Source: a virus
DNA: 64,000 nucleotides
IMG/VR virus record: IMGVR_UViG_3300005617_000581
Direction: 5' to 3' (one strand)
Shown here: positions 8,081 through 15,071 of the stretch, piece after piece
Numbering within the stretch: position 1 is the first letter of the stretch
Layout of the letters: each line of letters begins with the position of its first letter
The notes under the pieces: model-generated
Told to the model about the DNA's origin: nothing
The model's database searches: none
What the model saw: the letters and a program-made list of their open reading frames with translations, nothing else
Made by a program: the position numbers and the translations under genes

Positions 8081-9840
8081 TCCTTCTTGTCGCCCCAGCG
8101 TTCGCCGTACGAGACCGACGCGGTGATCGGCACCTCAAACTGCTGGTCGTCGTTCATCACCTGGCGCAGCGCGTGGACGGCGTCGGGAACGTCCTCGTTC
8201 GGTACCTCGAGGAAGATTTCGTCGTGGACCGGCGCGACCATGTAGTCGCCGAGTCCCGCGTCGGCGAGCTCGATCTGCTTACGCTTGAACAGCGCCGCGG
8301 CCCAGCCCTGGATCAGGTAGTTCACGAGCGCGTACTCCTTGCCGGGATCGGCCGGGTGCCGCCGGTCCGTCAGCGGGCAGACCGCGTAGGCGACTCCCTC
8401 CTCGTCGCGCCGTCGGACCGAGTCGCTAAAGACCTGCTGCGCGAACTTCTCGATGCCCGGGTATGCCGCGTTGAGTCCGTCGTTGACGTAGCGCATCTGG
8501 TCGTATGAGACGCCGGCCGTCGCGGCCTGGCGCGCGACACCCGCGCCGTAGATCTTCGCGTACATGGCGTTCTTCGTCGGCTGGCGCCGCGGGTCGGACT
8601 TGACCAGCGACGGATCGGAGAAGATGTTGCGCGCCACGGTGACGAAGAAGTCCTCAGGCGCCCGAAACGCGGCGACGAGTCCAGGATCCCGCGACATGAT
8701 CGCGAGGCCGCGCATCTCGATCTGGTCGAAGTCCGCCATCAGCAGCGTGTGGCCGGGCCGGGCGCGCACGCAGTTGCGGACGACCGTCGCCGCCGGGTTG
8801 TGCTCGTTTTTACGTGGTAGGTTCTGCAGGTTCGGGTGGTCCATCGAGCAGCGGCCGGTCCGCGTTCCGAGCGTGTTGATCGACGGGTGAACGCAGCCGT
8901 CGGACTGCGTGTGTTCCAGGTAGAACTTGAGGTACGTCGACGCCATCTTCTGGTACTGGCGCCGCCGTAGGACGGCCTGCGCGAGAGGGTGGTCGATTCC
9001 GTCGAGGACGCCCTTGTCCAGCGAGACGGCGCCGGACTTGGTGGCCTTGGAAAACTGGAAGCCCGCGTCCGCGAGGACGCGGATCACCTCGGCGTTGGAC
9101 CCGGGCTTGATGCCGTACTCGGCGGCGCACCAGCGCTCGACGCGCTCGGCGTAGTCGTTGAACAGCCCGTAGTTGTCGCGTACGTAGTCGACGTCGATCG
9201 GCGCGCCGTGCGCCTCCATCCGCTGCGCGACCCACTGGTACTCGTTCTCGAGTTCGTACGCGCGCGGCGCCTGGTCGAGCACCTTCGGTAGGTGGATGTC
9301 GCTGAGCCGCCGCGTCAGCACCGTGTCGAGCGCGCCGTAGAACCAGTACCCGGGATAGTCGGACGGTATCGTCGCCCACGTCCAGCCGTTCTCGGACATG
9401 GCGCGCTCGAGGACGCCCTGCGACGCGCGCGCCCGCGGGTCGACGTGCCGCGCGGCCTGGTTCTTGAGGGCGCGGGACTGCGTCGGTTCGAGGACGTGCG
9501 CCATGACGCCGACGTCACGAATCCGCGACCGGTCGACGCGGACCCCGGCCTGGTCGAGGAACGACCAGTCGAACTTAGCATTCATCATGTCGACCGGCCC
9601 GACGTGCTCGGCGACGGCTCCGGCGAACAACCCGGACCAGCGTCGCCAGGGCAGCGCCCAGCCGTCGTCGGCGTCGCCGATCTGGACGAGGCGGACGTAG
9701 TCGCCCGAGTGCCAGTAGAAGCCGGTCGTCTCGGTGTCGATCCCCAGCGGCTCGCCACGGCGCGCGCCGATCCACTCGGCGAACGCGCGGACGTCGTCGA
9801 GCGACTCGACGAGGTGCATCCGCGTGTCGTCCAGCGTCAC
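8065..9840 (-). CDS. polA: DNA polymerase I (family A) with 3'-5' exonuclease domain
   Basis: Exo I motif is LGIDTETTG. Pol motif A is DFDQIEMRGLA, motif B is RRQPTKNAMYAKIYGAG, and motif C is VHDEIFLEV. Confidence 0.85.
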   Translation of the reverse strand: MTLDDTRMHLVESLDDVRAFAEWIGARRGEPLGIDTETTGFYWHSGDYVRLVQIGDADDGWALPWRRWSGLFAGAVAEHVGPVDMMNAKFDWSFLDQAGVRVDRSRIRDVGVMAHVLEPTQSRALKNQAARHVDPRARASQGVLERAMSENGWTWATIPSDYPGYWFYGALDTVLTRRLSDIHLPKVLDQAPRAYELENEYQWVAQRMEAHGAPIDVDYVRDNYGLFNDYAERVERWCAAEYGIKPGSNAEVIRVLADAGFQFSKATKSGAVSLDKGVLDGIDHPLAQAVLRRRQYQKMASTYLKFYLEHTQSDGCVHPSINTLGTRTGRCSMDHPNLQNLPRKNEHNPAATVVRNCVRARPGHTLLMADFDQIEMRGLAIMSRDPGLVAAFRAPEDFFVTVARNIFSDPSLVKSDPRRQPTKNAMYAKIYGAGVARQAATAGVSYDQMRYVNDGLNAAYPGIEKFAQQVFSDSVRRRDEEGVAYAVCPLTDRRHPADPGKEYALVNYLIQGWAAALFKRKQIELADAGLGDYMVAPVHDEIFLEVPNEDVPDAVHALRQVMNDDQQFEVPITASVSYGERWGDKKEWVDE

Positions 9841-10343
9841 CGGTTGCTCCTGTCGAGGAATATGTCGGTGGACAGATCCTTATTGACGACGACGACGAGC
9901 CCGCAGTCGCGCATGAACCGGTACGAGTCGTCGCTGCGCCGGTGTTCGTGTTCCCGCTGCGAGTCCACGACGACGAACTGAAGGCCGGAGTTGGCGATGA
10001 GTTTAGCACAGGGCGTGCAGACGTGACTCGTGACGTAGAGCGTTCCACCCATGCGCAGCGTGCGGTCGCTCATGGTGATCGCGTTAGCCTCGGCGTGAAG
10101 CGCCGGGCAGTCCGAATAGTCGTTCGCCACCGGTTCGCCGTGGTTGCGACCGCGGGTGCACCAGTTGCCACAGCGCGCGTCCGCGTGGTCGAAGCCGCGT
10201 GGCGGTCCGTTGTATCCCTCGCCGATGACCTTACCTTCGACGTCGGTGATCAGCGCGCCGACCTGGTCGCGTTCGCATAGGCTGCGCTTCCCAAGGTCGC
10301 GCGCCATGGCGATGCGTACCTGGTGCCACGACGGTCGGGTCAC
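9837..10343 (-). CDS. dCMP deaminase
   Basis: Zinc-ligand motifs CPALHAEANAI (HAE) and CTPCAKLI (PCxxC) are both present. Confidence 0.8.
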   Translation of the reverse strand: MTRPSWHQVRIAMARDLGKRSLCERDQVGALITDVEGKVIGEGYNGPPRGFDHADARCGNWCTRGRNHGEPVANDYSDCPALHAEANAITMSDRTLRMGGTLYVTSHVCTPCAKLIANSGLQFVVVDSQREHEHRRSDDSYRFMRDCGLVVVVNKDLSTDIFLDRSNR

Positions 10344-11191
10344 TTCGCGACCACCAGCTCGGCGAACGTGTCCAGGTACCAGCGTTCGCTGTCCGTGGGC
10401 AGCGCGACGCTGCCGTTGCGGATCGCGCGGGCGCGCTGGCGGACGTCGTCGAAGTTGTCGCCGCCGTTGCCGATCCCGAAGTCGGGATAGCGTTCCTCGG
10501 TCGCGAGTCCCACCCGGTCAGTGACCTGGTACGACAGGTTGACGTGCTCGTGGTAGAGGTGCATCGACCACGCGGTGTGTGTGTACGTCCCGGGAAGGAC
10601 GCCGAGAACGTTGGCCAGCGTCAGCTGCAGCTGCGTGAACTGGAACATGTCGTACGGCAGGCCCAGCCACGCGTCGTTGGAGCGCATGGTGACGCGCATG
10701 TTCAGCGAGTCGTGGCGCGGACCGAGGCTGAAGCCGAGCGCGACGGTGCACGGGTAGTCGGCCTTGTTGCGGTAGTGGTTGTCCAGGTGGGAATCCCACA
10801 GCGTCACGACCGCTTGGCGACTCCACCAGTCGTCGCGCAGCTTGTCGACGACGAAGCCGAGCTGGTCGGCGACGCGCTCGCCGTAGGCGCCCCAGAAGTG
10901 GCCGTTGGGTTCGAGAAACTTCTTGAAGCTCGGGGCGATCCCGACCAGCCAGTCGGGATCGGAAAACCCGCCGATCAGCTGGATCGCCTCGGCGGCCGCG
11001 ATGCGCGCGTTGAGTCCCCGGCCGCAGCCGGTCGGCAGCGCGAACAGCGGCGACTCGACGTGGATCGTGTAGTCGTCCAGGTTGTACGTCAGTCCGTTGC
11101 GGGACGGGCGGCGCTGGCCGCGGCGGCGGAGGTCCTCGAGGACCTGGGGGTAGACGTCGCGACAGTAGCGACCGTCGATGAGTCGGGCCAC
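10340..11191 (-). CDS. Thymidylate synthase homologue (ThyA fold), possibly a pyrimidine hydroxymethylase/methylase with altered base specificity
   Basis: The catalytic Cys context YPCTVALGF is present. The RSNDAWLGLPYDMFQF block aligns to ThyA R(S)xD..LGxPFN, but carries Asp (PYD) where ThyA has the uracil-specifying Asn. Confidence 0.7.
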   Translation of the reverse strand: MARLIDGRYCRDVYPQVLEDLRRRGQRRPSRNGLTYNLDDYTIHVESPLFALPTGCGRGLNARIAAAEAIQLIGGFSDPDWLVGIAPSFKKFLEPNGHFWGAYGERVADQLGFVVDKLRDDWWSRQAVVTLWDSHLDNHYRNKADYPCTVALGFSLGPRHDSLNMRVTMRSNDAWLGLPYDMFQFTQLQLTLANVLGVLPGTYTHTAWSMHLYHEHVNLSYQVTDRVGLATEERYPDFGIGNGGDNFDDVRQRARAIRNGSVALPTDSERWYLDTFAELVVAK

Positions 11192-12159
11192 GTTCCTAGG
11201 TCCTCCTGCTTAGTAAGCGCGAGCGCGATCAGGTTACCGTACTCGCCGCGCTTAAGATGATGAAAGCGCCGGACGTACTGCGGGTGAGGTACGACGCCGT
11301 GGGGCACCGCGAGCTGCGCGAGTCGTCGCTGCGCGTTGCGGCCGAGCGCGACGGTACGCGGGCGTCCGAGCGAATCCCACAGCCGGCGCGGATCGTCGAC
11401 GTCGCACGCGTTGGCGAGCCCGTAGCGGATCGTCGTTCCCGCGTCGGCGAGCGCGCCGCGCAGGAAGTGTCCCGACGTACCCGGGAACGGCAGGAACGCC
11501 GGATCCGTGTTGGCGCGCGCCTCACGGGACGACGGGTCGACGTGGCGCAGCTCGTGGCGGACGTCGCCGAACAGCAGGAACTCTGGGTGCCGAGGTCCCG
11601 AGTACGTCGTCGTCACCAGGTCGACGACCGTGGACTCGCGGACGTGCGCCAACTTGACGACGCGTTCGACCTCCGAGTTCAGCGGCGACGACCACTGGTA
11701 GAACTGCTGCAGCTGGAACGAGCGCAGCCGCACGTCGCGGTAGGCCCTGTCGACCAGCGGCAGCTCGTCGAGCAGCGCGTCGACGTCCTCGCCGCGCTCG
11801 GCGTAGACGCGCCGGTACGTCGCCAGGTCGCCGTAGACGTAGACCACGAGGGCGCCGAGCCGGGCGAGCAGGGACTCGATGGCCCACCACGCGGCGTCGT
11901 CCAGCTGCGAGACGCGACCGCGCAGGGCGGGATAGACGCGCTCCCCCCAGTGCCAGCGGTCGAGGATTAGGTGCGGCGACCTGCCGGGTCGATACCCCGA
12001 GATCGGCCGGAGGTACTCGTCCAGTGGGTGGCCGACCGGGGGTCCCTTGTGCATCCGGACGACGCCGCGCGCGTGGTCGCGTTCGTCGAGAAATTCTTCC
12101 AGTGCCTCGGCGAGCGTCGTCTTACCGCCGCCGTCCGGGCCCTCTAGGATTATGAGCAC
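11089..12159 (-). CDS. Thymidylate-kinase-like P-loop kinase fused to a divergent uracil-DNA-glycosylase-superfamily domain
   Basis: The N-terminus LIILEGPDGGGKTTLAEAL is the dTMP-kinase signature. C-terminal LPFPGTSGHFL and HPQYVRRF resemble UDG family-4 motifs (PFVGxAGxLL, HPSxxxR). There is an approx 100-nt overlap with the downstream ThyA-like gene through a low-complexity tail. Confidence 0.5.
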   Translation of the reverse strand: MLIILEGPDGGGKTTLAEALEEFLDERDHARGVVRMHKGPPVGHPLDEYLRPISGYRPGRSPHLILDRWHWGERVYPALRGRVSQLDDAAWWAIESLLARLGALVVYVYGDLATYRRVYAERGEDVDALLDELPLVDRAYRDVRLRSFQLQQFYQWSSPLNSEVERVVKLAHVRESTVVDLVTTTYSGPRHPEFLLFGDVRHELRHVDPSSREARANTDPAFLPFPGTSGHFLRGALADAGTTIRYGLANACDVDDPRRLWDSLGRPRTVALGRNAQRRLAQLAVPHGVVPHPQYVRRFHHLKRGEYGNLIALALTKQEDLGTWPDSSTVATVATSTPRSSRTSAAAASAARPATD

Positions 12160-12683
12160 CGGTGCCTCATCGCCGGGTGGAGTACCTCGTCGTCGCCGCG
12201 CGCGAGCTCGACGAGCCGCTCGAGCCAGCCGACCCAGTAGATGGACTCGGTGGGTCGCCCGGGTAGTTCACCCTCCGGCGACGGCTCGCTGGTAAGCGCG
12301 TGGTCGCGCGCCGCGCGCAGCCGGTACGTCCGATGGAGGTAGCCGGTCTGCTCGGCCGTCGAGCGCTCGCGGCCGAACCAGTACGACTGGACCTGGTGCC
12401 GCCCGCGGTAGCGCGAACGGCGCCCCCAGTTGCGCGCTGCGCCCGCGACGTCGGCGAGTCCTAGGGCTAGCCACGACGTCGCGTCGCGGGTCGTAGCGAC
12501 GGCGCGACGCGCGCCTGCGGCGATCCGGCGCCGGACCTCGGGAAGCTCGGCGACGAGCTGACGCGTCGGCGTCGGCTGCGCGTAGATCGGGACGTCGTCG
12601 ATAGAAACGAGGAGGTCGCCGTCCCCGGTGGACTCGGGGACGGCGACCTCGGATTGGATTGGCAGTGCTGCGACTGTGGTCAC
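12150..12683 (-). CDS. Hypothetical protein
   Basis: 177-aa ORF in the leftward operon with a 10-nt overlap with the downstream gene. No recognisable motif. Confidence 0.45.
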   Translation of the reverse strand: MTTVAALPIQSEVAVPESTGDGDLLVSIDDVPIYAQPTPTRQLVAELPEVRRRIAAGARRAVATTRDATSWLALGLADVAGAARNWGRRSRYRGRHQVQSYWFGRERSTAEQTGYLHRTYRLRAARDHALTSEPSPEGELPGRPTESIYWVGWLERLVELARGDDEVLHPAMRHRCS

Positions 12684-12738
12684 TTGGGGGCCCTTCGGTT
12701 GAACTGGAGCAACCTAGGTATCCTACAACCGACCGATG

Positions 12739-13800
12739 CTATTGCATCAGCGTTCGCAGCGTCTCGGACAGGGCTTCGTACTTGGCGACCTTGGCGAGCA
12801 TCTCGTCCGAGACCGTCGGCGAATCGGCGATCTTCTTGAGTTCGCCGCGCAGCGCGTCGAACTGGCGCTGGACGTTGGCCGTCGTGACGATGAGCGTCGC
12901 GAACGCGTCGGCGAGCTGGTCGAGAATGCCGTAGACGGCCGCGAGGTGCGCGGACAGCGGCGTCCCGGTCGCTGCTGGGTGCTGTTGGGTAGGTGGTGTC
13001 ACGGTAAAGTTTATCCTCGTCTCTCGTTCTCGCTTGAGCTGTTCCTCGAGTTCCTGGCGCGCGGCCTCGGCGGCGCGGGCCGCGCGAACGGCGATCATCC
13101 GGGTGGAGTGAATCTTCAGGTGCGCCCGGATCGAACCCGGGTTGAATCCCCACGTCGTGCACTCGGGCGCGTTCGGCGAGTTGCACATGAACACGGTCCG
13201 GCCGTCCTCGAGGAGCGTCTCGAGGACGGTGCTCGTCGTGTACGGTCCGTGCGCGTTGCCGAACGGCATGACGGCGGGCTGCGCCGCGATCACCCGCGAA
13301 CCGTCGATCAGCGTCCGCGACGGCGCGCAGAACAGCGATACGTACGGACGGTCCGGGCGCGCGTCGTGCGCACCCGGGTCGACCAGCGCCATCCGGCGGG
13401 GTTGCTGGTGCTGCTGTGCGTCCGTCTCGGACGCGGCCGGTTCGTCGGGTTCGGTCCGCGAGCCGTCGCCTCCCCCGTTCGCGATCATCGCGGCGTTGAT
13501 CTCGTCGATGCGCGCCTGGTTCGCCGCGCGGTCGGCCGCGATCTTCAGCAGTCGGTTGTTCTCGCGTACCCGCGCCGTGGCGGCCTCCAGCTTGGCCAGT
13601 CCGTGTCGGTTCGCCTCGGCGATCGCGTTCTTTTCGACGTAGCCGCGGCCCGTCGGCGTCGACGCGAACGTAAACAGCAGCTTCGCGCGCTGGTCGAGCA
13701 CCTTGTAGTGTCCCGAGTTCGAGTAGACGACCTGCCAGCCGACGTCCTCGCAGCGTTCCTTGAGCTTGAGCGGCCACTCGCGGCCGGTGCTAACTCCCAC
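12739..13800 (-). CDS. Hypothetical protein with coiled-coil regions
   Basis: 353-aa ORF containing a C2H2-like FMCNSPNAPECTTWG..H..H segment and K/E-rich helical stretches. Confidence 0.45.
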   Translation of the reverse strand: MGVSTGREWPLKLKERCEDVGWQVVYSNSGHYKVLDQRAKLLFTFASTPTGRGYVEKNAIAEANRHGLAKLEAATARVRENNRLLKIAADRAANQARIDEINAAMIANGGGDGSRTEPDEPAASETDAQQHQQPRRMALVDPGAHDARPDRPYVSLFCAPSRTLIDGSRVIAAQPAVMPFGNAHGPYTTSTVLETLLEDGRTVFMCNSPNAPECTTWGFNPGSIRAHLKIHSTRMIAVRAARAAEAARQELEEQLKRERETRINFTVTPPTQQHPAATGTPLSAHLAAVYGILDQLADAFATLIVTTANVQRQFDALRGELKKIADSPTVSDEMLAKVAKYEALSETLRTLMQ

Positions 13801-14164
13801 TCTCTTCTCCCTCTCCTCGTAGATCGGCGTACAGGTCGCCGCCGCCGTCGGTGAACGGGGCCGTTCGCCAGTGGTAGTCGACCTCGACGAGGTACGCCAG
13901 CGCGAACGCCACCGAGTCGTCGCGGTATCTGTTCGATACGTTCATTGCGGCGACGGCCGTCGGGTCCCGGTCCGCGATCTGCTCGACGAGTTCGTCGAAC
14001 TGCGGCGAGTTCGGGGATACCCGCGCGTCGTGCACGGCCTGACGGCGCGCCCGCTCGAGCGCGTCGTCGACGTAGGCGCGCGCTCTGCGAAACTTGCCCA
14101 GCGACCGAAGCATGTCGCGGTACAGGTGCCGCGCGTTGACCAGGGGGCCGATGTTGTTTACCAA
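13790..14164 (-). CDS. Hypothetical protein (start is either TTG at 14164 preceded by a start-associated sequence, or upstream ATG at 14242)
   Basis: ORF track gives 13790..14242. An in-frame TTG at 14164 is immediately preceded on the minus strand by GAGAGGAGACGAGAAC, matching the conserved start motif of this genome. Confidence 0.4.
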   Translation of the reverse strand: MVNNIGPLVNARHLYRDMLRSLGKFRRARAYVDDALERARRQAVHDARVSPNSPQFDELVEQIADRDPTAVAAMNVSNRYRDDSVAFALAYLVEVDYHWRTAPFTDGGGDLYADLRGEGEESGS

Positions 14165-14330
14165 GTTCTCGTCTCCTCTCAACTCGGAACCTCGGGGGAC
14201 CGGGCCGCGGGCTAGCCGGTCCGGGCCCCGGAGGTCCGTCACGCCAAGCAGCCTGGGGATTCAAACCCCCGACCACCCGACGCCTAGTAATTGTACCGTA
14301 ACACAATCGTATGATCGTGTAAAACCGGGA

Positions 14331-14417
14331 CTAGTGGCGGCGTCGACCCAGCGCGTAGACGAGCATCGCGAGCCCGGTTACGACCAGTAGGACGCCGACG
14401 ACGAACAGTCCGTTCAC
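14331..14417 (-). CDS. Possible 28-aa membrane peptide
   Basis: GTG-initiated hydrophobic ORF (VNGLFVVGVLLVVTGLAMLVYALGRRRH) lying 4 nt after the upstream stop. Below the ORF-track size cut-off. Confidence 0.2.
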   Translation of the reverse strand: MNGLFVVGVLLVVTGLAMLVYALGRRRH

Positions 14418-14420
14418 GGC

Positions 14421-14894
14421 TTAGACCACCGCCCGGTTGACGTACGCGTCCCGGATGTCCGCGTCGAACTGGGACGCGACGGCCAGGGCGCGCGCGTGCT
14501 GCGGCGGCATGAACGTCTCGCCCGGCCGGTCCCCACCTGGGGGACGCCGAACGGTCAGGAACTCGACGACCTCGTACGCCGATTGGGTCTCGAGGACCTT
14601 CTCGAGCGTTACCTCGCCGGGCGCGCGCGACCGGCCGACCCGGACGACGACGTAGTCGTCGCGACTCGGCTCCACGTGGTGACGCCGGTAGATCGCCAGT
14701 TCGATCCAGCGGCACGCCGAGCACGTCGTGCCGCGCGGTACGACGCCGTCGGCGTCGTGCGGCCTCGCGTTGTGTCCTATCTTTTGACTGGAGGCGACGG
14801 CGAGGACGCGGCCGTCGAACTCGTAGCTTCGACCGTCGGCCGTGAACGTGATCCGGTGCAGTTCGCCGACGGCGAACCTAGGCATGGTAGTCAA
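14421..14894 (-). CDS. Hypothetical protein (first gene of leftward operon)
   Basis: 157-aa ORF whose start abuts the divergent control region. Confidence 0.45.
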   Translation of the reverse strand: MTTMPRFAVGELHRITFTADGRSYEFDGRVLAVASSQKIGHNARPHDADGVVPRGTTCSACRWIELAIYRRHHVEPSRDDYVVVRVGRSRAPGEVTLEKVLETQSAYEVVEFLTVRRPPGGDRPGETFMPPQHARALAVASQFDADIRDAYVNRAVV

Positions 14895-15071
14895 GTCAAT
14901 TCTCCTCTCATCTCCTTGTTGGTCTTCGGTTTCGGGTCGGTCCCCGCGGATAAAATCAGCATATGTTTTAGCCCCGAAACGCGCCCCCGGGATCGTCTCT
15001 GGCGAGTTCGATCCCGGGGGCGACGCGGTCCCTGGGGAGGACCGTGGAGCCCCGAAGGAGGCGCCCAGCTG
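14895..15071. promoter_or_regulatory. Divergent intergenic control region between leftward and rightward operons, carrying a 13-bp inverted repeat and an AT-rich near-palindrome
   Basis: CGCCCCCGGGATC at 14982-14994 pairs with GATCCCGGGGGCG at 15010-15022 across a 15-nt spacer. TAAAATCAGCATATGTTTTA lies at 14951-14970. The RBS GAAGGAGG precedes GTG at 15072. Confidence 0.4.

Noticed and set aside
12989-13020. A ninth start-associated-sequence-like element (GAGAACGAGAGACGAGG) inside the 12739-13800 minus-strand ORF, suggesting a gene split
   Set aside because: The motif order differs from the consensus and the six-frame translation is continuous across it with no stop. I therefore keep a single 353-aa gene, though a nested start at GTG ~12989 is not excluded.
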